DNA of 64,000 nt from Angustibacter luteus. Lineage in GTDB: Bacteria > Actinomycetota > Actinomycetes > Actinomycetales > Angustibacteraceae. The stretch spans positions 1 through 64,000 of the forward strand of contig NZ_BAABFP010000002.1 of NCBI RefSeq assembly GCF_039541115.1, written 5' to 3'. The notes beneath the pieces are model-generated. The model saw only the letters and a list, made by a program, of their open reading frames with translations, was not told where the DNA came from and did not search any database. Below, piece by piece: positions 8,146 through 18,637 of this stretch (positions are counted from its first letter, which is position 1; each line of letters opens with the position of its first letter). Both the position numbers and the translations under genes were made by a program.

Positions 8146-10887
8146 GTGAGCAGTCGCGAGGACGCGGGACCCATCCTGAACGGGATCCCGAGCCAGCTGC
8201 CGGACATCGACCCGGACGAGACCCAGGAGTGGCTCGACTCGCTCGACGGTGTCCTCGACGAGAAGGGCCGCACCCGCACCCGGTACCTGATGCTCAAGCT
8301 GCTCGAGCGGGCCCGCGAGCGCCAGGTCGGTGTGCCCAGCCTGACCGCCACGGACTACATCAACACGATCAGCCCCGAGTCCGAGCCGTGGTTCCCCGGC
8401 GATGAGGAGGTCGAGCGTCGTTACCGCGCCTGGCTGCGCTGGAACGCCGCGGTCATCGTGCACCGCGCGCAGCGCCCCGGCATCGGCGTCGGCGGGCACA
8501 TCAGCAGCTACGCCTCGAGCGCGACGCTGTACGAGGTCGGCTTCAACCACTTCTTCCGCGGCGCCGACCACGAGGGCGGCGGCGACCAGATCTACATCCA
8601 GGGCCACGCCTCCCCCGGCATCTACGCCCGCGCGTACCTGGAGGGCCGGCTCAGCGAGGACCAGCTGTCCGGGTTCCGGCAGGAGCTCAGCCACCCCGGC
8701 GGCGGCATGCCGTCGTACCCGCACCCGCGCCTCATGCCGGACTTCTGGCAGTTCCCCACGGTGTCCATGGGTCTGGGCCCGATGAACGCCATCTACCAGG
8801 CCCAGTTCAACAAGTACCTGCACGGACGGGGCATCAAGGACACCAGCCAGCAGCGCGTGTGGGCGTTCCTCGGCGACGGCGAGATGGACGAGCCGGAGAG
8901 CCGCGGCCTGCTGCACGTCGCCGCTTTCGAGGAGCTCGACAACCTGACGTTCGTGGTCAACTGCAACCTGCAGCGGCTCGACGGTCCGGTGCGCGGCAAC
9001 GGCAAGATCATCCAGGAGCTCGAGGCGTCGTTCCGCGGCGCCGGCTGGAACGTGGTCAAGGTGACGTGGGGCCGCGAGTGGGACCCGCTGCTGGCCGCCG
9101 ACCGGGACGGCGCGCTGGTGCACCTGATGAACTCCACCCCGGACGGCGACTACCAGACCTACCGGGCCAACGACGGCGCCTACATCCGCGAGCACTTCTT
9201 CGGCCGGGACCCGCGGACCCGCAAGATGGTCGAGAACCTCTCGGACGACGACATCTGGAAGCTCAAGCGCGGTGGCCACGACTACCGCAAGATGTACGCC
9301 GCCTACGACGCCGCCGTGCACCACACCGGCCAGCCCACCGTCGTCCTCGCCCAGACCATCAAGGGCTACGGCCTCGGGCCGCACTTCGCCGGCCGCAACG
9401 CGACGCACCAGATGAAGAAGCTGACGGTGGACGACGCGAAGCTGTTGCGGGACAGCCTGCGCATCCCGATCAGCGACGCGCAGATCGAGGCGGACCCGTA
9501 CAAGCTGCCCTTCTACCACCCGGGCGCGGAGGACGAGGCCATCAAGTACCTGCTGGAGCGCCGCGCCAAGCTGGGCGGCTCCATCCCGCGGCGCCGCTCG
9601 CACGGCAAGCAGCTGGCCCTGCCGCCGGACTCGACGTACGACGTGGTCAAGCGCGGGTCCGGCAAGCAGGAGGTCGCCACCACGATGGCGTTCGTCCGGC
9701 TGCTGCGCGACCTCATGCGGGACAAGGAGATCGGCCCGCGCATCGTGCCGATCATCCCGGACGAGGCGCGGACCTTCGGCATGGACTCGTTCTTCCCGAC
9801 GGCCAAGATCTACAACCCGCACGGGCAGAACTACGTGTCCGTGGACGCCGACCTGATGTTGGCCTACAAGGAGTCGACGTCCGGGCAGATCCTGCACGTG
9901 GGGATCAACGAGGCCGGGTCCGTGGCCGCCTTCACCGCGGCCGGGTCGTCGTACTCGACGCACGGCGAGCCGATGATCCCGGTCTACGTCTTCTACTCGA
10001 TGTTCGGCTTCCAGCGGACGGCGGACAGCCTGTGGGCGGCCGCCGACCAAATGGCCCGTGGCTTCCTGATCGGGGCGACGGCCGGCCGCACGACGCTGAC
10101 CGGCGAGGGCCTTCAGCACGCGGACGGCCACTCGCCGATCCTGGCCGCGACCAACCCCGCGGTCGTCGCCTACGACCCGGCCTACGGCTACGAGATCGGG
10201 CACATCGTCCGCGACGGCCTGCGTCGGATGTACGGGGACGACCCGGAGAACGTCTTCTACTACCTGACGGTCTACAACGAGCCGATCGTCCAGCCGGCCG
10301 AGCCGGAGAACCTCGACGTGGACGCGCTGCTCAAGGGCATGTACCTGCTGCGCCCGGGTCAGGCCGACACCGGCCGCCCGCGGGTGCAGCTGCTGGCCTC
10401 GGGCGTCGCGATGTCCTGGGCGCTCGAGGCCCAGGAGCTGCTCGGGACGGACTTCGGGGTGGACGCCGACGTGTGGAGCGTGACGTCCTGGAACGAGTTG
10501 CGCCGTGACGGGCTGGCCTGCGACGAGCAGTCCTTCCTCGCCCCGGAGCAGCCGGTGCGGGTGCCGTTCGTCACCCAGCAGCTCGGACGTCGGCACGGTC
10601 CGGTGGTCGCGGTCAGCGACTACATGCGGGCGGTGCCGGACCAGATCCGCGAGTGGGTCCCGTCGGACTACGCGACGCTCGGGGCCGACGGCTTCGGCCT
10701 GTCCGACACCCGACCCGCCGCGCGCCGGCACTTCCACATCGACGGCCCGTCGGTCGCCGTCCGGGCGCTGCAGTCCCTGGCCGCGCGGGGCGAGATCGAC
10801 CCGCGCACGCCAGCGGTGGCGGCCGAGAAGTACCAGCTGCTGGACATCTCGGCGGGCACGTCGGGCAACGCCGGCGGCGAATCCTAA
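8146..10887 (+). CDS. aceE: Pyruvate dehydrogenase E1, homodimeric type
   Basis: [55 protein letters not shown]. Confidence 0.97.
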   Translation: MSSREDAGPILNGIPSQLPDIDPDETQEWLDSLDGVLDEKGRTRTRYLMLKLLERARERQVGVPSLTATDYINTISPESEPWFPGDEEVERRYRAWLRWNAAVIVHRAQRPGIGVGGHISSYASSATLYEVGFNHFFRGADHEGGGDQIYIQGHASPGIYARAYLEGRLSEDQLSGFRQELSHPGGGMPSYPHPRLMPDFWQFPTVSMGLGPMNAIYQAQFNKYLHGRGIKDTSQQRVWAFLGDGEMDEPESRGLLHVAAFEELDNLTFVVNCNLQRLDGPVRGNGKIIQELEASFRGAGWNVVKVTWGREWDPLLAADRDGALVHLMNSTPDGDYQTYRANDGAYIREHFFGRDPRTRKMVENLSDDDIWKLKRGGHDYRKMYAAYDAAVHHTGQPTVVLAQTIKGYGLGPHFAGRNATHQMKKLTVDDAKLLRDSLRIPISDAQIEADPYKLPFYHPGAEDEAIKYLLERRAKLGGSIPRRRSHGKQLALPPDSTYDVVKRGSGKQEVATTMAFVRLLRDLMRDKEIGPRIVPIIPDEARTFGMDSFFPTAKIYNPHGQNYVSVDADLMLAYKESTSGQILHVGINEAGSVAAFTAAGSSYSTHGEPMIPVYVFYSMFGFQRTADSLWAAADQMARGFLIGATAGRTTLTGEGLQHADGHSPILAATNPAVVAYDPAYGYEIGHIVRDGLRRMYGDDPENVFYYLTVYNEPIVQPAEPENLDVDALLKGMYLLRPGQADTGRPRVQLLASGVAMSWALEAQELLGTDFGVDADVWSVTSWNELRRDGLACDEQSFLAPEQPVRVPFVTQQLGRRHGPVVAVSDYMRAVPDQIREWVPSDYATLGADGFGLSDTRPAARRHFHIDGPSVAVRALQSLAARGEIDPRTPAVAAEKYQLLDISAGTSGNAGGES

Positions 10888-10897
10888 CCCGTCCGCT

Positions 10898-10955
10898 GGG
10901 GCGAACGTGCATGATCACCGCGGAGCGCGTCCGCGGTGATCATGCGCGTTCGCCC
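10898..10955. repeat. Palindromic REP/MITE-like element, copy 1
   Basis: GGGCGAACGTGCATGATCACCGCGGA-gcgcg-TCCGCGGTGATCATGCGCGTTCGCCC; 28 nt identical to 35398-35425. Confidence 0.8.
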
Positions 10956-10975
10956 GATCCGCCGGTGGGGTCGGC

Positions 10976-11635
10976 TCAGCGGGCTGCGGGGCGACGCGAG
11001 GCGAGCGCGTCCAGCTGCTCGCGCAGGTCGACGACGTCCGCCTCGGGGTGCTCGGCGAGCGCGTCGAGGTGGCGGCGGGCCTCGCCGATCCGCCCGGCCT
11101 CGGCGGCGGCCTGCACGAGCTCGCGGCCCGCGCCCGGCACGTGCTCGCGCGGGCGCCAGTGCCCGACGCCCAGGGCCAGTGCCACCTCGGGCATCCCCTC
11201 GCGCCGCAGCATCGCCAGGCTCTCGGCGAGCGCCCGACCGGTGGGCTCGCGCTCGACGGCGATCCCGAGCCGGCGCTGCGCGCCCTCGAGGTCCTCGCGC
11301 AGCGAGAGCCGGCCGAGCTCGATCAGCGGGTACCAGGCGCGGGAGTTGTGCGCGAGCTCCTCGGCCAGCGCCCACTCGGCGTCGGCGACGGCCCGCGGCC
11401 GACGTTCCTCGTCCTCGTGGCCCTCGGCGGCCTCGCGGCGGACCACCTCGGCGAGCTGGGCGAAGGCGACGGAGTCGTTGGGGTCCTGGTGCAGGCGGGC
11501 GCGCAGGGCGACCTGGTTGTCGTCGGAGGCGGGCCCGACGAGACGGCGGCGCTTGAGCAGGGTCGGCGCTGCGCTGGTGCCCGCAGCGGCGGCAGAACCG
11601 CGCACCCGTTCACGAAGTCGGTCCAGCAGTCCCAC
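10976..11635 (-). CDS. Hypothetical helical (TPR-like) protein
   Basis: AAGGAGG RBS, GC-rich third codon positions, helical repeat-like segments (DPNDSVAFAQLAEVV; AWYPLIELGRL). Confidence 0.7.
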   Translation of the reverse strand: MGLLDRLRERVRGSAAAAGTSAAPTLLKRRRLVGPASDDNQVALRARLHQDPNDSVAFAQLAEVVRREAAEGHEDEERRPRAVADAEWALAEELAHNSRAWYPLIELGRLSLREDLEGAQRRLGIAVEREPTGRALAESLAMLRREGMPEVALALGVGHWRPREHVPGAGRELVQAAAEAGRIGEARRHLDALAEHPEADVVDLREQLDALASRRPAAR

Positions 11636-11785
11636 GTCGTCCTCCTTGCGTCCCGGTCAGGGTCCGAGGATCCGGCAGATGCTCAACCGATCCGCACTGC
11701 GACGATAACCCAGGATTGTCCGTTCGGCAGCCCCCGGAGCCGCCGGGTGGGCCGCTGAGCGCCCGGCGTCACCATCTCGTGACCA

Positions 11786-11802
11786 TTGTGTTGCGTCCAC
11801 AA
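11786..11802. promoter_or_regulatory. Putative FasR/MabR-type operator upstream of fasR
   Basis: Palindrome TTGTG-N7-CACAA, followed by a TAGGCT -10-like hexamer close to the GTG. Confidence 0.6.
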
Positions 11803-11822
11803 AGACGCATTAGGCTGCCAGC

Positions 11823-13091
11823 GTGAGTGAGCACGCCGAGAACGTGCGCCCGAGCGTCGTCGCGGGCGTCGCCGGCGCGCGCACGAGGCGACGCATCGAG
11901 CAGGGCATGCCGGAGCTGGCCCGGCTCGCGACGTCCCGGATGGAGGCGACCCTCCCCTGGTACCGCGCCCTGTCCGCCCAGGACCGGTCGTGGGTGGGCC
12001 TGGTGGCGCAGGCGGGCGTGGGTGCGTTCCTGGCCTGGTTCCGCCACCCGAGCGGGGTGCTGGAGATCACGGCTGACGTGTTCGGCACGGCACCGCGCGA
12101 GCTGACCCGCGCGATCACGCTGCGCCAGACCCTCGACCTGGTCCGCACGGTGGTGGACGTCGTCGAGGACCAGGTCGACGAGCTGGCCGCGCCGGGCGAG
12201 GAGCAGGCCCTGCGGCTGGCCGTGCTGCGCTACTCCCGCGAGGTCGCCTTCGCGGCCGCCGAGGTCTACGCCCAGGCCGCCGAGTCCCGCGGCGCCTGGG
12301 ACGCCCGGCTCGAGGCCCTGGTGGTCGACGCGGTGCTGCGCGGCGAGGCGGACGACGCCCTGCAGTCGCGCGCCGCGGCGCTCGGCTGGGACGCGCAGAC
12401 GGACGTCGTCGTGGTGGCCGGCGAGGCGGCCTCGGGGTCGGCGGCGGAGGTCGTGGAGTCCCTGCGGCAGCACGCTCGTCGCCTCGGCGTCGACGCGCTG
12501 GCCGCGGTGCAGGGTGGCCGGCTGGTCGCCGTGCTGGGTGGCGTGACGAACCCCCTGGCCACGGCGGACGGTCTCTCGCTCGCGTTCGCCGAGGGGCCGG
12601 TCGTGGTCGGGCCGACGGTGCCGCACCTGTTCGCGGCGGGACGTTCGGCGCGGGCCGCGCTCGCGGGGCTCGTCGCGGCTCGCGCGTGGCCCGAGGCACC
12701 CCGCCCCGTGCTGGCGGACGACCTGCTGCCCGAGCGGGTGCTGGCCGGGGACACCCCCGCCCGGCGCGCGCTGGTCGACCGGGTCTACCGCCGCCTGCAG
12801 GACGCACGCGGGAGCCTGCTCGACACGGTCAGCACGTACCTGGAGTCCGGCGGTTCGCTGGAGGCGTCGGCGCGCATCCTGTTCGTGCACCCCAACACGG
12901 TGCGGTACCGGCTGCGCCGGGCGGCCGAGACCTGCGGGTACGACGTGATGCAGCCCCGGGACGCCCACGTCGTCCGGATGGCGCTGGCGCTGGGCCGGTT
13001 GTCCGGATCGACCCGGCGGCCGCTGCCGCCCGCCGACGCCGACCTCGAACCGGTTGTGGCCCCGACCGGGGCCGCCCGGACCGCTGATTGA
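11823..13091 (+). CDS. fasR: PucR/CdaR family regulator of the fab operon (FasR/MabR-like)
   Basis: LPWYRAL..DRSWVGLVAQAG, RGAWDARLEALVVD, LFVHPNTVRYRL; directly upstream of fabD. Confidence 0.88.
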   Translation: MSEHAENVRPSVVAGVAGARTRRRIEQGMPELARLATSRMEATLPWYRALSAQDRSWVGLVAQAGVGAFLAWFRHPSGVLEITADVFGTAPRELTRAITLRQTLDLVRTVVDVVEDQVDELAAPGEEQALRLAVLRYSREVAFAAAEVYAQAAESRGAWDARLEALVVDAVLRGEADDALQSRAAALGWDAQTDVVVVAGEAASGSAAEVVESLRQHARRLGVDALAAVQGGRLVAVLGGVTNPLATADGLSLAFAEGPVVVGPTVPHLFAAGRSARAALAGLVAARAWPEAPRPVLADDLLPERVLAGDTPARRALVDRVYRRLQDARGSLLDTVSTYLESGGSLEASARILFVHPNTVRYRLRRAAETCGYDVMQPRDAHVVRMALALGRLSGSTRRPLPPADADLEPVVAPTGAARTAD

Positions 13092-13097
13092 CGCCGT

Positions 13098-13116
13098 TTT
13101 GTAGGAAACCTCCAAA
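13098..13116. promoter_or_regulatory. Putative FasR/MabR-type operator upstream of fabD
   Basis: TTTGTAG-GAAAC-CTCCAAA, same TTGT-N9-xCAA spacing as the site at 11786. Confidence 0.55.
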
Positions 13117-13182
13117 TCGAGGGCGCAAGGTTGGTCCGCGTCGGCAGCCGGTTCCGGCCCCTGCAGCAGACAGGGTGGGTAC

Positions 13183-14367
13183 GTGCTCGTCATCGCCTGC
13201 CCTGGACAGGGCTCCCAGACCCCCGGCTTCCTGCGCCCCTGGCTCGAGCTGCCGGGCTTCGAGGACCGGTTGAGCTGGCTGTCCGTCGTCGCCGGGATCG
13301 ACCTGGTCAAGCACGGCACCGAGTCGGACGCCGACACCATCCGGGACACGGCCGTGGCGCAGCCGCTGATCGTGGCGAGCGGCCTGGTGTCACTGCTGGC
13401 GCTCTTCCCGCACCCCGCCGAGGCGTTCCGGCAGATCGCCGCCGGTGCAGGGCACAGCGTCGGTGAGATCACGGCCGCCACCGGCGCGGGCGTGCTGACC
13501 GCCGAGCAGGCCATGGTGTTCGTCCGCGAGCGTGGCCGGGCGATGGCCGAGGCCAGCGCAGTGACGGCGACGGGCATGACGGCCGTCCTCGGTGGTGACC
13601 CGGACGAGGTCGCGGCTGCCCTGGCCAAGCACGGCCTGACCGCGGCGAACGCGAACGGTGCGGGGCAGACGGTTGCGGCCGGCACCCTCGAGCAGCTGGC
13701 CGCCCTGAAGGACGTCCCGCCCGCCAAGGCCCGCCTGATGCCCCTGCAGGTCGCCGGGGCCTTCCACACCGAGCACATGCGGCCGGCCGTCGACGTCCTG
13801 TCCGGCTACGCCCGCGCCATCACCACGCACGACCCGCGCACCCGGCTGCTCTCGAACGCCGACGGGCACGTCGTGCACGACGGGCGCGAGGTGCTGCGCC
13901 GGCTGGTCAGCCAGGTCAGCAACCCGGTGCGCTGGGACCTGTGCATGGAGGCCATGCGCGACCTGGGCGTCACCGGCTTCATCGAGATCCCCCCGGCCGG
14001 CGCGCTGACCGGGTTGGTCAAGCGGTCGCTGCCGGACGTCGAGACGCTGGCCCTGAAGACCCCCGACGACCTGGACAAGGCCAAGGAGATGGTGGCCCGG
14101 CACGGCCAGTCCAGCGGCCTGTCGCAGAGCCCGACCTGGCGCCTGGTCGTCGCCCCGCTGAAGGGCATCGTGCACTTCACCGCGCTGGACGCCGGCGCGT
14201 CCGTCGGCGACGGAGACACCATCGCCACCGTGGCCACCCTGCGCGACACCTTCGACGTCGTCGCCCCGCACGGCGGTCGCGTCGTCGAGTGGCTGGTCGA
14301 GGACGGCGACCCCGTCTCGCCCGGTCAGCCCATCGTCCGACTGCACCCGCAGGAGGTACCGGCATGA
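13183..14367 (+). CDS. fabD: Malonyl-CoA:ACP transacylase with a C-terminal biotinyl/lipoyl-like domain
   Basis: PGQGSQ, GHSVG, GAFHT, PVRW; extra ~75-aa tail ...VVAPHGGRVVEWLVEDGDPVSPGQPIVRL. Confidence 0.92.
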   Translation: MLVIACPGQGSQTPGFLRPWLELPGFEDRLSWLSVVAGIDLVKHGTESDADTIRDTAVAQPLIVASGLVSLLALFPHPAEAFRQIAAGAGHSVGEITAATGAGVLTAEQAMVFVRERGRAMAEASAVTATGMTAVLGGDPDEVAAALAKHGLTAANANGAGQTVAAGTLEQLAALKDVPPAKARLMPLQVAGAFHTEHMRPAVDVLSGYARAITTHDPRTRLLSNADGHVVHDGREVLRRLVSQVSNPVRWDLCMEAMRDLGVTGFIEIPPAGALTGLVKRSLPDVETLALKTPDDLDKAKEMVARHGQSSGLSQSPTWRLVVAPLKGIVHFTALDAGASVGDGDTIATVATLRDTFDVVAPHGGRVVEWLVEDGDPVSPGQPIVRLHPQEVPA

Positions 14368-15371
14368 CCGAACGCCCCCAGATCTCGCCGCCCAGCGGCG
14401 CCCCGCACGCCCGGATCTACGGCGTGGGCGGCTACCGGCCCGAGCGGGTCGTGCCCAACTCCGAGCTCGTCGAGCGGATCGACTCGAGCGACCAGTGGAT
14501 CCGGGAGCGCTCCGGCATCGTCTCGCGTCGTTGGGCCGCCGCCGACGAGACCGTGGTGGACATGGCCGAGGCCGCGTGCCGCCAGGCCCTGGACGCCGCG
14601 GGCCTGGACGCCTCGCGCATCGGCGCGGTGCTGGTGGCCACGGTCACCCACCCGTTCCAGACGCCGTCCGCGGCCTCCATGCTGACCCACCGGCTCGGCG
14701 CCACCCCGGCGGCGGCCATGGACATCTCAGCCGCCTGCGCCGGCTTCTGCCACGGCGTCGCGCTGGCCGGCGACATGGTGCGCGGTGGCAGCGCCGAGTA
14801 CGTGCTGGTCGTGGGGGTCGAGAAGCTCTCCGACTTCACCGACCTCAGCGACCGCGGCACCGCCTTCATCTTCGGCGACGGTGCGGGCGCGGTGGTGATC
14901 GGCCCGTCCGACACCCCGGGCATCGGCCCCACCGTCTGGGGCTCGGACGGCGCGCAGTGGGACGCGATCCGCCAGCGCGAGAGCTGGATCGCCGTCCGCG
15001 ACGGCAGCACCGACTGGCCGCACATCACGATGGCCGGCCAGACCGTGTTCCGCTGGGCCGTCTGGCAGATGGCACCCATCGCCCAGCAGGCGCTGGAGAA
15101 GGCCGGCATCAGCGCGGAGCAGCTGGACGCGTTCATCCCGCACCAGGCGAACATGCGGATCATCGACTCGATGATCAAGGCGCTGCGGCTGCCCGAGGGC
15201 ATCCCGGTGGCGCGCGACATCGCCGAGACCGGGAACACCTCCGCCGCCTCGATCCCGCTGGCGATGGAGCGGATGCTCCGCGAGGGTGAGGCGCCGCACG
15301 GCGGCCTGGCCCTGCTCATCGGCTTCGGCGCCGGCCTGTCCTACGCCGCGCAGGTCGTCACCCTCCCCTGA
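14364..15371 (+). CDS. fabH: Beta-ketoacyl-ACP synthase III
   Basis: SAACAGF, FGDGAGA, PHQAN, GNTSAAS, GFGAGL; AGGAGG RBS, ATGA overlap with fabD. Confidence 0.95.
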   Translation: MTERPQISPPSGAPHARIYGVGGYRPERVVPNSELVERIDSSDQWIRERSGIVSRRWAAADETVVDMAEAACRQALDAAGLDASRIGAVLVATVTHPFQTPSAASMLTHRLGATPAAAMDISAACAGFCHGVALAGDMVRGGSAEYVLVVGVEKLSDFTDLSDRGTAFIFGDGAGAVVIGPSDTPGIGPTVWGSDGAQWDAIRQRESWIAVRDGSTDWPHITMAGQTVFRWAVWQMAPIAQQALEKAGISAEQLDAFIPHQANMRIIDSMIKALRLPEGIPVARDIAETGNTSAASIPLAMERMLREGEAPHGGLALLIGFGAGLSYAAQVVTLP

Positions 15372-15449
15372 TTCCCCGCCACCCGACGGGACCTTCGGGC
15401 AGCACGCAGGCAGTTCATTCCGGAACGTCACACACAAGGAGCGCCACGC

Positions 15450-15698
15450 ATGGCCAACAGCGAGCAGGAGATCCTCAGCGGTCTCGCCGAGATCGTGAAC
15501 GAGGAGACCGGGCTCCCCACCGACTCCGTCGAGCTGGACAAGAGCTTCACCGACGACCTCGACATCGACTCGCTGTCGATGATGACGATCGTGGTCAACG
15601 CCGAGGAGAAGTTCTCGGTCCGCATCCCCGACGACGACGTGAAGAACCTGTCGACCGTCCGCGACGCCGTCGCGTACATCGCGCAGGCCCAGGGCTGA
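15450..15698 (+). CDS. acpP: Acyl carrier protein
   Basis: DDLDIDSLSM phosphopantetheine motif. Confidence 0.96.
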   Translation: MANSEQEILSGLAEIVNEETGLPTDSVELDKSFTDDLDIDSLSMMTIVVNAEEKFSVRIPDDDVKNLSTVRDAVAYIAQAQG

Positions 15699-15719
15699 GT
15701 CCCTCCCCCGTGCAGTCCG

Positions 15720-15753
15720 GGGACGGCGTCCGGGTCTCCTCCGGCGCCGTCCC
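15720..15753 (+). terminator. GC hairpin after acpP (partial terminator or stabiliser)
   Basis: GGGACGGCG...CGCCGTCCC. Confidence 0.45.
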
Positions 15754-15815
15754 TGGGCGACACACCGCAGCACCTGCACATCTCACGACCCGACGTACGA
15801 GGAGCTGACCCGAGC

Positions 15816-17069
15816 ATGGCCACGAGCCAGAACCGTCGTGTCGTCGTCACCGGCCTCGGTGCGACGACCCCCCTGGGTGGTGACGTCGCCACGACCTGGC
15901 AGGCCGCCCTTGACGGCACGTCCGGCGCCCGCACCCTGACCCAGGACTGGGTCGCCGAGTTCGACCTGCCGGTCACCTTCGCCGCGTCGGTCGCCGTACA
16001 GCCCATCGACCAGCTGGCGCGGGTCGAGACCCGCCGCCTCGACCCGTCCGGCCAGTTCGCGCTCGTCGCGGCCCGCGAGGCCTGGGCGGACGCCGGATCC
16101 CCCGAGGTCGACGGCGAGCGCCTCGGCGTCGTCGTGGCCAGCGGCATCGGCGGCGTCTGGACCCTCCTGTCGTCGTACGACACCTTGCGCGAGAAGGGGC
16201 CCCGCCGGATCTTCCCGCTGACCGTGCCGATGCTGATGCCGAACGGCCCGGCCGCCGCGGTCAGCCTCGAGCTCGGCGCCCGGGCCGGTGTGCACACCCC
16301 GGTCAGCGCCTGCGCGTCGGGCGCCGAGGCGATCGGGTACGCCGTCGACATGATCCGCACGGGCCGCGCGGACGTCGTCGTCGCGGGCGGCACCGAGGCC
16401 GCGATCCACCCGCTGCCGATCGCCGGGTTCGCGGCGATGCAAGCGCTCTCGACCCGCAACGACGACCCGGCCAAGGCCAGTCGTCCGTATGACCTGAACC
16501 GGGACGGCTTCGTGCTCGGCGAGGGCGCCGGAGTGGTCGTGCTCGAGTCCGAGGAGTACGCCCGCGCCCGCGGCGCCCGGATCTACGCCGAGGTGGCCGG
16601 AGCCGGCCTGACCAGCGACGCCCACCACATCGCCGCACCCGACCCGTCCGGCGCCGGCGCCGCCCGGGCCATGCTCGCGGCCCTCGAGGCCGCGGACGCC
16701 AGCCCCTCGGACGTCGTCCACCTCAACGCGCACGCGACGTCCACGCCGGTGGGCGACACGGCCGAGGCCAACTCGATCCGCGCCGCCCTCGGCAGCGCGA
16801 CCGACCAGGTCTGTGTCTCGGCGACCAAGTCGATGACGGGCCACCTGCTGGGCGCCGCGGGGGCGGTCGAGGGCATCTTCACCATCCTCGCCCTGCACCA
16901 CCGGCTCGCCCCACCGACCATCAACGTCGACGACCTCGACCCCGAGGTCAACCTTGACGTCGTGATCGACAAGCCTCGCCCGCTCGGGGACGGCGACCTG
17001 GTCGCCCTCAACAACTCGTTCGGTTTCGGCGGCCACAACGTGGCCCTGGCCATCCGGAGCGCCTCGTGA
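15816..17069 (+). CDS. fabF: Beta-ketoacyl-ACP synthase II
   Basis: SACASG, NAHATST, KSMTGHLLG, NSFGFGGHN. Confidence 0.96.
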   Translation: MATSQNRRVVVTGLGATTPLGGDVATTWQAALDGTSGARTLTQDWVAEFDLPVTFAASVAVQPIDQLARVETRRLDPSGQFALVAAREAWADAGSPEVDGERLGVVVASGIGGVWTLLSSYDTLREKGPRRIFPLTVPMLMPNGPAAAVSLELGARAGVHTPVSACASGAEAIGYAVDMIRTGRADVVVAGGTEAAIHPLPIAGFAAMQALSTRNDDPAKASRPYDLNRDGFVLGEGAGVVVLESEEYARARGARIYAEVAGAGLTSDAHHIAAPDPSGAGAARAMLAALEAADASPSDVVHLNAHATSTPVGDTAEANSIRAALGSATDQVCVSATKSMTGHLLGAAGAVEGIFTILALHHRLAPPTINVDDLDPEVNLDVVIDKPRPLGDGDLVALNNSFGFGGHNVALAIRSAS

Positions 17070-18484
17070 CCGCCACCCACCCCGGGCAGGACCTCAAGGT
17101 CGAGGTCGACCCCCGCGATCCCGAGCTGCGGCTGGGCATCTTCTTCGACGAGGGCAGTGTCGAGCTGCTGACCGAGCGCGACGACAGCGGCATGCTCGCC
17201 GCGCGCGGCACGGTGAACGGCACCCCCGCGGTGGCCTTCGCCAGTGACGCCACCATCCAGGGCGGCGCGATGGGCGAGGCGGGCTGCAAGGTCTGCCTGG
17301 TGGCCTACGAGCGGGCGCTGGCGGACGGCGTCCCGGTCGTCGGGCTCTGGCACTCCGGCGGTGCACGGCTGCGTGAGGGCGTGGTGTCCCTGCACGCGGT
17401 CGGCGAGGTCTTCGCGATCATGACCCGCGCGTCCGGCAAGATCCCGCAGATCTCCGTGGTGATCGGTGCGGCGGCCGGCGGTGCGGCGTACGGGCCGGCC
17501 CTGACCGACATCGTCATCCTCGGCCCGGACGGGCGCGTCTTCGTCACCGGCCCGGACGTCGTCCGCTCGGTGACCGGCGAGAACGTCGACGCGCTGCGCC
17601 TGGGCGGTCCGGAGCCGCACGGCCGCCGCTCGGGCGTCGTGCACGTCGTCACCGAGACCACTGAGCAGGCGTACGAGCGGGCCCAGCTGATCACCCACCT
17701 GCTCGGCAGCCAGGGGTCGATGGACCTGTCGGCGGTCGACGAGCGGCCCCTCGAGGACCTGCTGCCCGAGTCACACAAGCGCGCCTACGACGTGCACCCG
17801 CTCGTCACCAACCTGCTGGACTCGCCGGAGACCTCGGTCGAGCTCTTCCCCAAGTGGGCGCCGAACATCGTCACCACGCTGGGCCGGCTGGGCGGTCGCA
17901 CCGTCGGCGTCATCGCGAACAACCCGATGCGCCTCGGCGGTTGCCTGGACTCCTCGTCGGCCGAGAAGGCGGCGCGGTTCGTCCGGATGTGCGACGCGTT
18001 CGGCGTCCCGCTGATCGTCGTCGTCGACGTCCCGGGGTACCTACCGGGCGTCGGGCAGGAGTGGGACGGCGTCGTCCGGCGCGGCGCCAAGCTGCTGCAC
18101 GCCTTCGCCGAGGCGGTGGTCCCCCGGGTGACGCTGGTGACCCGCAAGTCCTACGGCGGCGCGTACATCGCCATGAACTCGCGCTCGCTCGGTGCGACCA
18201 AGGTGTTCGCCTGGCCCGGCGCGCAGATCGCCGTGATGGGCGCAGTCGCCGCGGTGCGGATCCTGCACCGCCGCAAGTTGGCGGACGTGGCTGAGGACGC
18301 GCGGGCGGACGTGGAGGCCGAGCTGGCGGCCGAGCACGAGGTCCTCGCCGGCGGCCTGCCGCGCGCGGTCGAGATCGGTGTGGTCGACGAGATCGTCGCG
18401 CCCGTCGACACCCGGGGCGCGCTGGCCCGGGCGATCGATGCCGCGCCGCACGAGCGCGGCCAGCACGGCAACATCCCGCTCTGA
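17066..18484 (+). CDS. Acyl-CoA carboxylase carboxyltransferase subunit (AccD6-like)
   Basis: HSGGARLREG, GGAAYGPALTD, VDVPGYLPG, RKSYGGAY, HGNIPL. Confidence 0.93.
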   Translation: MTATHPGQDLKVEVDPRDPELRLGIFFDEGSVELLTERDDSGMLAARGTVNGTPAVAFASDATIQGGAMGEAGCKVCLVAYERALADGVPVVGLWHSGGARLREGVVSLHAVGEVFAIMTRASGKIPQISVVIGAAAGGAAYGPALTDIVILGPDGRVFVTGPDVVRSVTGENVDALRLGGPEPHGRRSGVVHVVTETTEQAYERAQLITHLLGSQGSMDLSAVDERPLEDLLPESHKRAYDVHPLVTNLLDSPETSVELFPKWAPNIVTTLGRLGGRTVGVIANNPMRLGGCLDSSSAEKAARFVRMCDAFGVPLIVVVDVPGYLPGVGQEWDGVVRRGAKLLHAFAEAVVPRVTLVTRKSYGGAYIAMNSRSLGATKVFAWPGAQIAVMGAVAAVRILHRRKLADVAEDARADVEAELAAEHEVLAGGLPRAVEIGVVDEIVAPVDTRGALARAIDAAPHERGQHGNIPL

Positions 18485-18491
18485 CGCTCAC

Positions 18492-18540
18492 CTGACGCGA
18501 AAGGGGCACCCGAGCCGTTCGGGTGCCCCTTTCGCGTCAG
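18492..18540 (+). terminator. Long hairpin ending the fab operon
   Basis: CTGACGCGAAAGGGGCACCCGA-gccgt-TCGGGTGCCCCTTTCGCGTCAG. Confidence 0.75.
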
Positions 18541-18587
18541 CCGGCGAAAGCTGGTTGCACGGCGCCCCTCGCTGACGTACGGTTCTC

Positions 18588-18614
18588 GATGGAACGAAAC
18601 CGTTTCGTTTCATC
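18588..18614. promoter_or_regulatory. Putative TetR operator
   Basis: Near-perfect inverted repeat GATGGAACGAAAC-C-GTTTCGTTTCATC just upstream of the TetR gene. Confidence 0.65.
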
Positions 18615-18637
18615 CGTGTCAACGGCGAGGGGGCATC

